A stretch of DNA of 64,000 nt from an uncultured Nitrospiraceae bacterium (GTDB taxonomy: Bacteria > Nitrospirota > Thermodesulfovibrionia > Thermodesulfovibrionales > Dissulfurispiraceae). The notes beneath the pieces are model-generated. The model had not been told where the DNA came from. It did no database searches and was given only the letters and a program-made list of their open reading frames with translations. The translations under genes and the position numbers were made by a program. The stretch spans positions 1 through 64,000 of the forward strand of contig CAVPIW010000012.1 of the NCBI GenBank assembly GCA_963705105.1, read 5' to 3'. Shown piece after piece: positions 29,259 to 40,147 of the stretch; position 1 is the stretch's first letter, and every line of letters begins with the position of its first letter.

Positions 29259-29924
29259 ATGGAGACCATCACCCTCACCATAGACGGGCGCCGCGATGTC
29301 CTCTATACACGGGCGTCCGCCCTGGCTGCATTTACCATTTTCTACAATATACTCGAGGGGCTCATATCCGTTTATTTCGGCCTCGAAGACGAGACGGTCT
29401 CCCTCTTCGGCTTCGGTCTCGACTCCTTTGTCGAGGTCATCTCCGGCATCGGCATCTGGCACATGATCCGGCGCGTGCGGAGGCACGGCAGCGAGAACCC
29501 GGACCGCTTCGAAAAGAGGGCGCTGACGATCACCGGCGCCTCCTTCTATCTCCTCGCCTTCGGACTGGCCGTAACTGCTGTCATGAACCTCGTCTCCGGG
29601 CATGCCCCGGAAACGACGGTCTGGGGCATCATCGTCGCCCTCGTCTCGATCATCTCGATGGCGTTCCTCCTGCATTACAAGATGAGGGTCGGCCGGGAGC
29701 TGGGTTCGAGGGCCATCATAGCCGATGCCCACTGCACGCGGGCCTGCATGCTCCTGTCGATCGCCCTTCTCGTTGCGAGCGCCGGCTATGAACTGACCGG
29801 GTACGGAGGGCTCGACTCGATCGGCGCCGTCGCCATTGCGGCCTTTTCCTTCCGAGAGGGACGCGAAGCCTTTGAGAAAGCCCGGAACGAGGGCGTCTGC
29901 AGCTGCGGCAGTTGCTGCGACTGA
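29259..29924 (+). CDS. CDF-like cation transporter (membrane domain only) with Cys-rich tail
   Basis: YNILEG, SLFGFGLDSFVEV.S, ADA motifs; about 6 TM segments; tail CSCGSCCD. Confidence 0.85.
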   Translation: METITLTIDGRRDVLYTRASALAAFTIFYNILEGLISVYFGLEDETVSLFGFGLDSFVEVISGIGIWHMIRRVRRHGSENPDRFEKRALTITGASFYLLAFGLAVTAVMNLVSGHAPETTVWGIIVALVSIISMAFLLHYKMRVGRELGSRAIIADAHCTRACMLLSIALLVASAGYELTGYGGLDSIGAVAIAAFSFREGREAFEKARNEGVCSCGSCCD

Positions 29925-29949
29925 AGGGACGTCCGGTGTGACGCGGACG

Positions 29950-30816
29950 ATGAACGAAGAAATATCCGCTCAGTTAAAATTCCTCAACGAGACTCTCCTG
30001 CGCATAGCCGACGCGCTCGCCGGCGTTCGCGACCCGGCTGTATTTGACGGGTACCGCGCATTCAGGACCTACGCCAGGGCCGGACAACTCAGGATCGAAG
30101 GCATCTCCGAACCGGACCCTGTGACGCTCCGGGAGTTGCGGGGGATCGACGTGATCATTGAGAAGCTGAGGGAAAACACCGCACAGTTCCTGAGCGGACG
30201 ACCCTGCAACAACGTGCTGATTTACGGACCCCGGGGAACGGGCAAATCGTCGGCCGTCAAGGCCCTCCTGAATGAGTATGGCGACGAGGGCCTGCGGATC
30301 GTCGAGATGCCGAGGGACATGCTGGTCCATCTGACTGAACTTGCAGGAATCATCCGGACGAGGACGGAGAAGTTTGTCGTCTTCTGTGACGACCTCTCCT
30401 ATGATGATGAAGAAGGAACGTACCGCCGGTTGAAGGCGATCCTCGAGGGCGGCCTCGAGAGGCGGCCTGACAACATGCTCATCTATGCAACGTCGAACCG
30501 GCGTCATCTCATGCCGGAACGGAAGGCCGACAATGTGGCGGAACTCCGGAACGGGGAACTCCATCCCGCCGAGACGATGGAGGAAAAACTGTCGCTCAGC
30601 GACCGTTTCGGACTCAGGCTGGGCCTCTATCACTTCGACCGCGACACGTATCTCGACATCGTGCGTCATTACGCGGCGCTCCGCGGGATTGCATATGATC
30701 AGGACGACCTGGAAGGCGGGGCGATGCGCTGGGCCCTCGCTCACGGGAACTATTCAGGCCGCACCGCCCGCCAGTTCATCGACGACTACGAAGGAAGACA
30801 TGCAAAGAAACCTTAG
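29950..30816 (+). CDS. DUF815 family AAA+ ATPase
   Basis: NNVLIYGPRGTGKSS, FCDDLS, YATSNRRHLMPE, EKLSLSDRFGL, SGRTARQF motifs. Confidence 0.92.
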   Translation: MNEEISAQLKFLNETLLRIADALAGVRDPAVFDGYRAFRTYARAGQLRIEGISEPDPVTLRELRGIDVIIEKLRENTAQFLSGRPCNNVLIYGPRGTGKSSAVKALLNEYGDEGLRIVEMPRDMLVHLTELAGIIRTRTEKFVVFCDDLSYDDEEGTYRRLKAILEGGLERRPDNMLIYATSNRRHLMPERKADNVAELRNGELHPAETMEEKLSLSDRFGLRLGLYHFDRDTYLDIVRHYAALRGIAYDQDDLEGGAMRWALAHGNYSGRTARQFIDDYEGRHAKKP

Positions 30817-30929
30817 CGTTGCATAGACCCATGGAATTTACGGGCAAACCAATCCTCGTGTCAGATTATTCCAGATACCAGTGATACAAGATAACAGGCT
30901 TGTTGCAACGTTCAGCTAAACGGTGATGT

Positions 30930-32105
30930 ATGCAAGAAAAGAGGGATGTGGTCATCATCGGGGCGGGCGCTGCCGGTCTCATGTGCGCGCTCTCTGCCGG
31001 CGCCCGCGGCCGTTCGGTGCTCGTCGTCGAACACTCCCGGAGGATCGCGAACAAGGTGCGCATCTCCGGCGGTGGACGCTGTAATTTTACGAATCTCTCC
31101 GTCAGCGGCGACGACTACGTCTCCCGCAACCCCCACTTCTGCAAATCAGCCCTCGCCCGTTTCACCCCCGGCGATTTCGTCGACATGATGGAAAAACACG
31201 GCATCGCCTATCATGAGAAGGAGGCGGGCCAGCTCTTCTGCGACAGGGACTCAGGGGAAATCGTCCGGATCTTGCAGGAGAAGTGTTCGGATGCCAAGGT
31301 TGAGATTCGCACGCACTGCAGCGTCCGCTCCCTGACAAAGGAGAGTCAGCGTTTCGTCCTGAAAACCGATCGGGGGGGTGTGGAGGCGCCCTCTGTCGTC
31401 GTCGCCACGGGAGGGTTGTCCTACCCGAAGCTCGGGGCAACGGACTTCGGGCACCGCATCGCCCGGCAGTTCGGCCTCAACGTCACGCCCATGAGTCCTT
31501 CCCTCGTCCCTCTGACGTGGAACCAGAACGATCTGAACAACTTTGCCCCCTTGAGCGGCCTTTCTCTGGACGCCGTCGTCGGCTGTCGCAGGGCGCGGGT
31601 CCGCGGAAAGATCCTCTTCACTCACCGGGGCCTGAGCGGCCCCGCCATCCTCCAGGTTTCCCTCCACTGGCAGGAGGGTGATCCCCTTGCCATCGACCTG
31701 TTGCCGGACTGTAACGCCGAGGAGTTATTGCTGTCGGCGCAGAAGAGCAAAATGAAAATGGAGACCCTTCTTTCGCGGCATCTGCCGGAACGTTTTGCCC
31801 GGACGTGGTGCGATCTTGCGGTCCCTGCAAAACCGTTGAACCGGTTTGCCGGGAAGGAACTCAGGGAGATCGCACAGAGGCTGAAGAACTGGCAGATTAC
31901 TCCTGGAGGAACGGAGGGGTACACGAAGGCGGAGGTCACCCTCGGAGGGGTCGACACGGACGAGCTTTCCTCCAAGACCATGGAGGCGAAGAAGGTGCCC
32001 GGCCTCTTTTTCGTCGGCGAGGTTGTCGATGTAACAGGCCGCCTGGGCGGGTTCAACCTCCAGTGGGCATGGTCCTCGGGCTATGTGGCGGGGCAGTATG
32101 TGTGA
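30930..32105 (+). CDS. HI0933/BaiN-family flavoprotein
   Basis: GAGAAG, SGGGRCNFTN, ATGG.SYP, FTHRGLSGP, VTLGGV, GGFNLQWAWSSG motifs. Confidence 0.94.
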   Translation: MQEKRDVVIIGAGAAGLMCALSAGARGRSVLVVEHSRRIANKVRISGGGRCNFTNLSVSGDDYVSRNPHFCKSALARFTPGDFVDMMEKHGIAYHEKEAGQLFCDRDSGEIVRILQEKCSDAKVEIRTHCSVRSLTKESQRFVLKTDRGGVEAPSVVVATGGLSYPKLGATDFGHRIARQFGLNVTPMSPSLVPLTWNQNDLNNFAPLSGLSLDAVVGCRRARVRGKILFTHRGLSGPAILQVSLHWQEGDPLAIDLLPDCNAEELLLSAQKSKMKMETLLSRHLPERFARTWCDLAVPAKPLNRFAGKELREIAQRLKNWQITPGGTEGYTKAEVTLGGVDTDELSSKTMEAKKVPGLFFVGEVVDVTGRLGGFNLQWAWSSGYVAGQYV

Positions 32106-32173
32106 GACATGCCCTTTTTTCTCCTATACTATTGACTCAATGAAAGAAGGGACAGGACAGTGGGGAGGTATCC

Positions 32174-34216
32174 ATGAATGATCCCGAGAGGACGATCGCC
32201 GAACTCACCGGGGAAGTGGAGCGCCTGCGCAGGCGGATTGCGGAGCTTGAGTCTCCGGGGGCCGGCGGCGGGCACGGGGAAGAGGAACTCCGCGCAAGTC
32301 TTCTTTGCCAGAATGCCATTCTGAACAACATACCGGACATCGCCTGGCTCAAGGACCGGGAAAGCCGCTTTATCGCCGTCAACGGGCCCTTCGGCGAAGC
32401 CTGCGGAGTCGCGCCCGCGGACCTGGTCGGTAAGACCGATTATGACATCTGGCCGCCTGACCTGGCCGAGGGCTACCGCGCCGACGACGCGGAGGTAATG
32501 CGGACCGGGAAGCGTAAGTGCGTGGAAGAGCGACTCGTCGGCCCTGACGGCCGGGAGAGCTGGATCGAGACCATCAAGACCCCCATCCTGGACGCCCGGG
32601 GATCGGTGATCGGCACGACCGGGATCGCCCGCGACATTACCGGGCGAAGGCAGGCGGAGAAGGCGCTTTATCTCAAGAACTACATGTTTGATGTATCCAT
32701 CGCAGCCAACAGCATTGCGGATACCAGGGGCATCATCACTCAGGCGAACCGGGCTTTTCTCGCCATCTGGGGATATTCCGGCGAGGATGAAGTCGTCGGA
32801 AAGAGAATTCCGGAATTCCTGGAGAACCCGGATGAAGCCGCAGCCATTACCGCTGCATTGGACAGTGCCGGGAAATGGGAAGGCACCTATACCGCCAGGA
32901 AGAAGGACGGTTCAACCTTTTTGGCATTCGGTCTTGCCACGATCCTGAAGGACGAAAAAGGCACGATGATCGGCTACCAGTCATCGGTTTTGGACATCAC
33001 CGAGCGCAGGAAGGCGGAGCAGGAGCGCCTCGAACTTGAGCGGCGGCTGCTGCACGCCCAGAAGCTCGAGAGCCTGGGCATCCTGGCCGGCGGCATCGCC
33101 CACGACTTCAATAACCTCCTGATGGCGATCCTGGGCAACCTCGATCTGGCGCTCCTGAATCTTTCCCCGGTCTCGTCGGCCCGCGCGAACATTGAGCAAT
33201 CGGCCAGGGCTGCACGCCGTGCCGCGGACCTGACGCGGCAGATGCTGGCCTATTCGGGCAGAGGCAGATTCGTGGTAGAGTCCGTGAACCTGAACGAGCT
33301 GGTGGAGGAGAACGCCCACCTGCTGCGGGCGAGCGTCGCCAGGACGGCCACGCTGGACCTGCGTCTGGGACGCTCGCTGCCGCCTATCGAAGCGGATGCC
33401 GGCCAGATCCAGCAGGTAATCATGAACCTGATCACCAACGCCTCGGAGGCCGTCGGCGACAGTGCCGGAGTGATCACCCTCGCCACAGGAGTGCAGGAAT
33501 GCGACGAGCAGTGCCTGAAGCAAAGCCGGATCGAGGTGGCGCCGCCTGCAGGCAGGTTCGTGTATCTTGAGGTGTCCGACACGGGGTGCGGGATGGACGA
33601 GCAGACACAACAGCGTCTTTTTGATCCCTTCTTCTCGACCAAGGCCATGGGCCGCGGTCTCGGCTTGTCGGCGATCCTGGGCATCGTGCGCGGACACAAT
33701 GGCGCTGTTTTTGTGGAGAGCGCCGTGGGCAGGGGGACCACGATACGCATACTCTTCCCCGCAATCGCGGAGGCGCAGGCAGAGAAGAACCCGGCTGCCG
33801 GATCTCAGTCAGCAGAAGCATGGGCGCCGGCGGTGAGAGGGCCGGTGCTCGTGGTGGATGACGAGGACATCATACGCGATGTGTGCAGGACGATGGTGGA
33901 GTCCCTCGGCATGGAGGTGCTGACGGCGGCGGACGGCAGGGAGGCCGTGGAGGTGTTCCGGCAGAACGCCGGAAGGATCAGCCTTGTCCTGCTCGATCTG
34001 ACCATGCCGAACATGGACGGCATAGCCGCTTTCAGGGAAATGGTCCGCATAAGGCCCGGAGTCAAGGTGATCCTTTCCAGCGGGTACAATGAGCAGGATT
34101 TCATCCGGCGCCTGTCCGGAGAGGGGTTGGCGGGGTTCATCCAGAAGCCTTACTCCCTGGACAATCTGCGCGACGTCCTGGAGAGGGTGAATAAAACCTC
34201 GCCGCCAAACTTGTAG
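32174..34216 (+). CDS. Hybrid PAS sensor kinase / response regulator
   Basis: Two PAS domains, AGGIAHDFNN, FDPFFSTK, GRGLGL and a C-terminal receiver. Confidence 0.95.
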   Translation: MNDPERTIAELTGEVERLRRRIAELESPGAGGGHGEEELRASLLCQNAILNNIPDIAWLKDRESRFIAVNGPFGEACGVAPADLVGKTDYDIWPPDLAEGYRADDAEVMRTGKRKCVEERLVGPDGRESWIETIKTPILDARGSVIGTTGIARDITGRRQAEKALYLKNYMFDVSIAANSIADTRGIITQANRAFLAIWGYSGEDEVVGKRIPEFLENPDEAAAITAALDSAGKWEGTYTARKKDGSTFLAFGLATILKDEKGTMIGYQSSVLDITERRKAEQERLELERRLLHAQKLESLGILAGGIAHDFNNLLMAILGNLDLALLNLSPVSSARANIEQSARAARRAADLTRQMLAYSGRGRFVVESVNLNELVEENAHLLRASVARTATLDLRLGRSLPPIEADAGQIQQVIMNLITNASEAVGDSAGVITLATGVQECDEQCLKQSRIEVAPPAGRFVYLEVSDTGCGMDEQTQQRLFDPFFSTKAMGRGLGLSAILGIVRGHNGAVFVESAVGRGTTIRILFPAIAEAQAEKNPAAGSQSAEAWAPAVRGPVLVVDDEDIIRDVCRTMVESLGMEVLTAADGREAVEVFRQNAGRISLVLLDLTMPNMDGIAAFREMVRIRPGVKVILSSGYNEQDFIRRLSGEGLAGFIQKPYSLDNLRDVLERVNKTSPPNL

Positions 34217-34338
34217 TTGCGCAGAAAGGCGGGACGACGCGCTCTAAAAACAGTGACAGTGACAGTGTGAGTGTGAGTAAAGAGGATCATATTTCGACCA
34301 TTGGCGTACAGGTCATCTCTCGTTTTGATACAGGTGTC
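34209..34338 (+). repeat. Modular MITE-like element, copy 7 (right end missing)
   Basis: cttgtagttgcgcagaaaggcggg, (cagtga)n, gaccattggcgt...tttgatacaggtgtc. It contains the kinase stop codon. Confidence 0.8.
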
Positions 34339-34363
34339 AGAGCGAGGGAGCGGGTTTTGACCA

Positions 34364-37300
34364 TCACTTGAGTTTGAAAACGACGCGGCTGTCCCTGAGG
34401 TTCTCCTTCTTCTCCGGCTCAAGGCCTTTGGGCTCTACAAGAAAGACGCGCCCCTGCTCAACCTTCTTCGTTCCGAGGATGTAGTCCCGCACGGCAAGAG
34501 CACGCTGTGATGCGAGCATCCGGAGGTCGTCGTCGTTCACGACAGTATGGGTCAGCATGAGTTTTTCCATCTCCGGCCCCGGGAGGTCCTTCGCCATGCC
34601 GATGAAGTTGCGGGGCTTCGGGAACTTCTCCTCCTTGTAGGCCATTTTCAGATACTTCGGATACTCTTCTTTATCCACGACGACGTCATCGACGGGCGGG
34701 GGCGTTTCACCCTTCTTCACCATATCCTTCAGCTTCTGCGCTTTGATTTTCCTGTTGAAAAGCGTCTGCCTCAGGCCGTCCCTGTCCTTCTCCCTGTCGA
34801 CATACCCCTCGATTTCGAGTTTCAGCCCCGGCCGGTCCGAAAGGGCCTTGACGAGCGTATCGAGCTTCCTGAAGTTCTGGTCACTCACCCTTGAGCTGCC
34901 GCTGTCGAATTCGACATAGCTCAGCTCCTCTCCGCCGCCGAAAATCGCGCCGAGGAGGGCGAAGGGGGATGTGGCGGCCTTGACGAGGAGATTGAGGATG
35001 ATCTTGAGGATGATCGAGCCCATGCTGAACTTCGGGTCGTCCATATTCCCCGTCACCGGCAGATCCAGGGTGATTTCTCCCTTCCTGTTCTTCAGGAGGG
35101 CAACGGCGAGTTTCACCGGCAGTTTCGTCGCCTCAGGACTTTCAACCTTGTCCCCCAGGGTCAGCTGGTCGAGGAAGACGGCGTTTTCCGAGTCGAGCTT
35201 GTTTTTGACGATATGGTATTTCGAGCTGAATGTGAGTTTCCCCTTTTCGATGGGATAGCCCAGGTACTTGCCCGAGTATGGAGTGACGGGGCTGAGCTCC
35301 ATGCCCTTGAACTCGGCCTTGACGTCGACGAAGAGGTCTTCCCTCAGGGGATTGATCTTGCCGGTTATTTCGAGAGGCGCTTGGTTCTGGTGCTTGCCCC
35401 GGAGGTCGACATCGGCGAGCGTGTCCTTCTCGGAGGAAAGGCCGGAAATCCGTCCCCCGATCTCCAGGAGATAGGTTGCGTAATGCGGCTTGACGGAGCG
35501 GTCGAGGAAGCTCACGGCGCCGTCCTGAAGCGTCAGGGTATCGATCCTTATGAGCCGCTGTTGCACGCTCCCCGCGGTCTGGGGCGGCGGTTCCGCCGGC
35601 TGCGCATCGCCGTTCTTTTCACCGGCCATGAGGTTCATCACATTCAGTGTCCTGTCCTCGTTCATGACAAGATGGCCGGAGAATCCGTTCAGCGCCGCCT
35701 CAGTCACCGTCACTGCAGGCGGGCTGGAGATGATACTCACACCGCCAAGGTGCAGCACCTGCCATTTCAGCAGGTCCTCGGCGTTTTCCCTGTCGACGGA
35801 ACCAAAGCTGGAAATCAGGGCCTCTCCCTTGTAATCTATGAAGATGCCCTTCTCCTCCGAGTATGACGCTCTCAACCTGCCCTTGGCGGAGACGCTCCCC
35901 TCCGTCACGATGATCCGGACAAAGGTATCGATGTAGGGCTGGAACGGACCGATGAGGACTTCCTTCGCGTCTGTCGTCAGATTCAGGGTCATGGGATCTA
36001 CGGACAAGGAGCCGGCCAGCGAGATGAGGCCCCTCCGGTTCGGCACGAGGGACAGGGAGATCTTTCCGGTGCTGGTTCGTGCCGTCGAAATGTTCTCTCC
36101 CCTGACCTTCACCTTCTCGGCCAGGAAGACGGCAGGATCTTTGGGGACGCGGTCCTCGGCCCGGATGGTGTACCCGTCGACGGAGAGTTTGCTGACGCTG
36201 ACGAGCCAGGGCTTCCGGGCTTCCCCAGGCACGGCTTCTCCTGCCGATCCCTCGAGCTGGGCGACGCGGTACTCGATCAGGTTCAGCAGATCGACAGACC
36301 CGTCTGACGCGCGGGTCGCCGATACGGTCCCCCCTCGTGAGGATACCTCGCCGATCCGCACGTCCTGTGTGATAATATCGATATCACCCTCCTTTACAAG
36401 GACTTCCGGGAGCCTTACGAGATCGCCTCCCTCTTCCCTATTTCTTAGGTGGAGCGATTCGAGTCTTGCCGAAAGACCGGTGATGCGCATCTCCAGGTTA
36501 TCGCCGATGCGGGCGAACCGCAGTTCCGTCGTCACCCCAAGCACACCGTTTTCGAGTTTGGTGCGCAGCAGGTCCCGGTAATAGGGCTCATACTTCTTCA
36601 ATTGCAGGCCCGCGAGTTCGACATTTGCCTCGACGATGAGGGGATCGACGGAAAACTCCGCCGACGCCCACAGGGATTCCCCTGCCTCCGTTTTCATGAA
36701 GAAGGTCAGCTCGGACAGCTCATCGGGGCTGTTGCTGAAGTGGTCGATGCGGAGATCGACATCGGAGAGTGTCGACTGAAAACCGCCGGACGGGTAGGCG
36801 TCGGAGAGCCTGACGACAGCGCCGGTCACGGCGATCTCATCAGCCGCGAAGGTCAGTATTTCCCTGATTTTTCTGAAGAGCTGGACCAGTTCATCGGCGA
36901 TTTCTTCCGGAACGAGTTCTTTCACATTCACATCGCCGCGCCTGTCCCTGCGGATATTCACCTCCGGCGATTCCAGGGCCAGCTTGGACAGGTTGAATGT
37001 GGCGGACATGAGGTCCGACGACGTTATCTCCGCAGAAAGACGGGGGAAGGCGACCAGGGACGCTCCCTTTTTGTCATCGATCTTCACTGTTTTCATGCCG
37101 ACGGTGCCCGTCACCCCGAGGGTCGGCTTCCTGTCGCTGTATTGGGTGTAGCTCACGACGGTCTGCGCGTCGAAGAAGGCTGACACGATCTTCGCTTCGG
37201 TCTTGAAGGGAAGATAGGCCAGGTAGTGGGCGATGTCGAGGTCGCTCACCTTCACATCGAAAGACGTTTCGAGGGAGTCCTTGAAAGGTTTTGTGCGGCC

Positions 37301-37936
37301 CCTGAAGGAGACGGGATCACCGTTGAGAGTCGCTTCGAAGGCGGGCTGCACATATGTGTCGACATGATAGGGGAGGTTCGACAGGAACGGTATGGTGAGG
37401 CTCACGCTGCGCAATTCATGACTCGCCCCTTTCGGTCCGTCGTGGAAATCGACGGCGCCGCCGGCAACCTGGATGTTATTGACGGAAAACCTCGGCGGCT
37501 CCGGTTCGTTGGATGCCTGCCCCTTCTCCTTCACAAGTAGATCGGAGAAGTTGTAGGTTCCGTCCGCATTGCGCACGATCCTGGCGTAAACTCCGTCGAG
37601 CCTGAGGTCCCTGATGACGATGCCCCACTTGACGAGAGAGATGCTCTGGAGGTTCACATAGAGGTTTTTGAAGGAGAAAAACGTTTCCCCTTTGTCCCGG
37701 TCGCTGATTGTGAGATCCTTGACGTTGACGGAGAGGACATAGGGGTTGCAGGAGATCTCGCCGATGGCCACGTTTCTGTGGAGAGTCTTCGAGAGTTCCC
37801 TGACCAGATAGGACTTCAGCAAAGGCGGTACGACGAGGAAGCCGGCGATGGTGAAGACGATGAAAAACACAGCCGTCGCGATGAGGGACTTCCGGAGACG
37901 ATGCCGTGTTGCCAGTTCCTCTCTGACATTCATCAC
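34364..37936 (-). CDS. DUF748 family protein (AsmA-like repeats, OmpA-like C-terminus)
   Basis: N-terminal TM helix, NP..LS, DGTYNFSDL, PYSGKYLGY.IEKGKL, LAVALLK...G.I.LDLPV.G..DDP.FS, KAATSPF.LLG. Confidence 0.88.
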   Translation of the reverse strand: MMNVREELATRHRLRKSLIATAVFFIVFTIAGFLVVPPLLKSYLVRELSKTLHRNVAIGEISCNPYVLSVNVKDLTISDRDKGETFFSFKNLYVNLQSISLVKWGIVIRDLRLDGVYARIVRNADGTYNFSDLLVKEKGQASNEPEPPRFSVNNIQVAGGAVDFHDGPKGASHELRSVSLTIPFLSNLPYHVDTYVQPAFEATLNGDPVSFRGRTKPFKDSLETSFDVKVSDLDIAHYLAYLPFKTEAKIVSAFFDAQTVVSYTQYSDRKPTLGVTGTVGMKTVKIDDKKGASLVAFPRLSAEITSSDLMSATFNLSKLALESPEVNIRRDRRGDVNVKELVPEEIADELVQLFRKIREILTFAADEIAVTGAVVRLSDAYPSGGFQSTLSDVDLRIDHFSNSPDELSELTFFMKTEAGESLWASAEFSVDPLIVEANVELAGLQLKKYEPYYRDLLRTKLENGVLGVTTELRFARIGDNLEMRITGLSARLESLHLRNREEGGDLVRLPEVLVKEGDIDIITQDVRIGEVSSRGGTVSATRASDGSVDLLNLIEYRVAQLEGSAGEAVPGEARKPWLVSVSKLSVDGYTIRAEDRVPKDPAVFLAEKVKVRGENISTARTSTGKISLSLVPNRRGLISLAGSLSVDPMTLNLTTDAKEVLIGPFQPYIDTFVRIIVTEGSVSAKGRLRASYSEEKGIFIDYKGEALISSFGSVDRENAEDLLKWQVLHLGGVSIISSPPAVTVTEAALNGFSGHLVMNEDRTLNVMNLMAGEKNGDAQPAEPPPQTAGSVQQRLIRIDTLTLQDGAVSFLDRSVKPHYATYLLEIGGRISGLSSEKDTLADVDLRGKHQNQAPLEITGKINPLREDLFVDVKAEFKGMELSPVTPYSGKYLGYPIEKGKLTFSSKYHIVKNKLDSENAVFLDQLTLGDKVESPEATKLPVKLAVALLKNRKGEITLDLPVTGNMDDPKFSMGSIILKIILNLLVKAATSPFALLGAIFGGGEELSYVEFDSGSSRVSDQNFRKLDTLVKALSDRPGLKLEIEGYVDREKDRDGLRQTLFNRKIKAQKLKDMVKKGETPPPVDDVVVDKEEYPKYLKMAYKEEKFPKPRNFIGMAKDLPGPEMEKLMLTHTVVNDDDLRMLASQRALAVRDYILGTKKVEQGRVFLVEPKGLEPEKKENLRDSRVVFKLK

Positions 37937-38068
37937 GGTACAAACACCTCCCCTTTTAGTACAGCAATTATAGCAGAGGCAGGTGTGTTCCGTCCCATCT
38001 TGGCAGGACGGTCCGGGGGCGAATGATCGGCTGCTGACTGAGAACTGTTATTGGGGCGTCTTCGCCCT

Positions 38069-39796
38069 TTACTGGCAGGTCCACCCGATCGCCGCATTGG
38101 CTGCCGCAGCCGCGCCGATGGTGACAGTGGTTCGAAAATCGACAAGGGTCCCCGCACTGAGGGCGACCGTATTCGTGCTCGTACAGCTTGTTGCCGCCCC
38201 CGTTATGGTGCAGGTCAGCACGGTATCGGCCCCTGCGGCGGCAAAGGAGTTCGATGTCCTGAGCGCAAAGGTGCGTACGATCGTGCCTCCCGGTGCGGCG
38301 GAGACGATGACGTAGAGATTCGATGCGGTACAGGCCAGGGGGATCACCATTTTCAGGTTGGCCTCCGTTGCATTCACCGTTCCGACACCACTTGGATAGG
38401 CATATGATGTTGTATTGATCAGGGTATTCAGGGTGTTTGCCCTGGATAAATAGACAGTTCCGGTTCCGGGAATGCCCTGCGGCCCTTGCGGTCCCTGAAG
38501 TCCCTGCGGTCCCATCAACCCCTGGGGCCCCTGAGGGCCGGGGTCTCCCTGAAGTCCCTGAGGACCCTGCAACCCCTGAGGGCCCTGTGGTCCTGCCGCA
38601 CCAGCAGGTCCCTGAGGGCCGACTGCCCCCTGAGGTCCCTGCGGTCCCGGATCGCCCTGTAGTCCCTGGGGACCCTGCGGCCCGACGAGGGACGTCCCTG
38701 CTCCCCATGCGCCTGCTGTCTTCGGACCGAAGATCGTACTCGTCGCCGTATTCACGTAAAAGTCCCCGTCCACACCTTCCGTCGTCGGGTCAACCGTCCC
38801 GTTCAGAACAGTCGATCCATCGGCGCCTGCAGGCCCCTGAGGGCCCTGTATGCCCGGGTCTCCCTGAAGTCCCTGGGGACCCTGCAACCCCTGCGGCCCC
38901 TGAAGGCCCTGTGGTCCTGCCGCACCATCAGGTCCCTGAGGGCCGACTGCCCCCTGTGGTCCCTGAGGCCCCTGCGGTCCCGGATCGCCCTGAAGTCCCT
39001 GGGGACCCTGCGGCCCGACGAGGGACGTTCCTGCTCCCCATGCGCCTGCTGTCTTCGGACCGAAGATCGTACTCGTCGCCGTATTCACGTAAAAGTCCCC
39101 GTCCACACCTTCCGTCGTCGGGTCGACCGTCCCGTTCAGAACAGTCGATCCATCGGCGCCTGCAGGCCCCTGAGGGCCCTGTATGCCCGGGTCTCCCTGA
39201 AGTCCCTGGGGACCCTGCAACCCCTGCGGCCCCTGAGTGCCCTGTGGTCCTGCCACACCATCAGGTCCCTGAGGGCCGACTGCCCCCTGAGGTCCCTGCG
39301 GTCCTGGATCTCCCTGCGGTCCCTGAGGTCCCGCTGCACCCTCCGGTCCCTGCGGTCCCGGCGTTGACGCGCTGACGGGTTCGGAGAGACGAACAACCCT
39401 GAAACGAATGGGATCAGAACCCGGGATGTATTCCATGTCCAGAGAGAAATACTGCAGGCCCGATCCCGGACCCAGCGAGGCGAGTATGGGGATCTGTATT
39501 CTTATGGTCTCGATATCGACCGATGCAGGGGTCTCGGTGATGACCGATGAAGGCTTGCTGCCCCGGAGAATGAACTCAGTCGAATCCTGAAGGCCCGTGG
39601 CGATGTCGACAGCCCTGAAATCAACCTCGAATGATCCTATATCAGGAATATTGACATTCGGAACATGAAGATCCCCCGTGTCGGCGGAATACGTTGCGGC
39701 GGCCCAGCCCGAGGTCACTCCCGGGAGGAATATCGCCATCCAGCACATGACAAAAAAGCAAAAAAAACGCCACATACCTGTGGGCTTACGCTCCAT
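38069..39796 (-). CDS. Secreted collagen-like (Gly-X-Y) protein
   Basis: Signal peptide; three GPQ-rich tracts separated by two identical ~45-aa non-collagen spacers; beta-rich C-terminal domain. Confidence 0.9.
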   Translation of the reverse strand: MERKPTGMWRFFCFFVMCWMAIFLPGVTSGWAAATYSADTGDLHVPNVNIPDIGSFEVDFRAVDIATGLQDSTEFILRGSKPSSVITETPASVDIETIRIQIPILASLGPGSGLQYFSLDMEYIPGSDPIRFRVVRLSEPVSASTPGPQGPEGAAGPQGPQGDPGPQGPQGAVGPQGPDGVAGPQGTQGPQGLQGPQGLQGDPGIQGPQGPAGADGSTVLNGTVDPTTEGVDGDFYVNTATSTIFGPKTAGAWGAGTSLVGPQGPQGLQGDPGPQGPQGPQGAVGPQGPDGAAGPQGLQGPQGLQGPQGLQGDPGIQGPQGPAGADGSTVLNGTVDPTTEGVDGDFYVNTATSTIFGPKTAGAWGAGTSLVGPQGPQGLQGDPGPQGPQGAVGPQGPAGAAGPQGPQGLQGPQGLQGDPGPQGPQGLMGPQGLQGPQGPQGIPGTGTVYLSRANTLNTLINTTSYAYPSGVGTVNATEANLKMVIPLACTASNLYVIVSAAPGGTIVRTFALRTSNSFAAAGADTVLTCTITGAATSCTSTNTVALSAGTLVDFRTTVTIGAAAAANAAIGWTCQ

Positions 39797-40147
39797 GTTT
39801 GTTAACCCTATTCAGCTCGAAATCCTGACCCATGCACAGATGGGCATCATTCCCTAATCCCGGCACGTTCGTCTGCGGGAAAATCTTTCCGTGACTCATA
39901 TCACACTTATGTTTTCGTGAAATCGCAGGAAAACTTAAAGCGACAGTTTGAGGTTCCTGTCCCGCCGATATTTGTACCTGAGGGGATTGGTGGCCGATAG
40001 CATCCAAACGCAGGGATGTGGTAGGATTTCAGGGATATTCAGCACGCTTTCTTGTCCAGGGGTGACCCGAGGGATGTTTTTATACAGCGGCGTGTCATTA
40101 TATCATTACTGAACGAACGGCTTTCATCCGACATTATAGGTAGCGCC

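Noticed and set aside
38437..39375. 312-aa Pro-rich plus-strand ORF and other long antisense ORFs (e.g. 3580-4428, 13877-15010, 50796-52112)
   Set aside because: Shadow frames of well-supported opposite-strand genes in GC-rich DNA; no motifs of their own.
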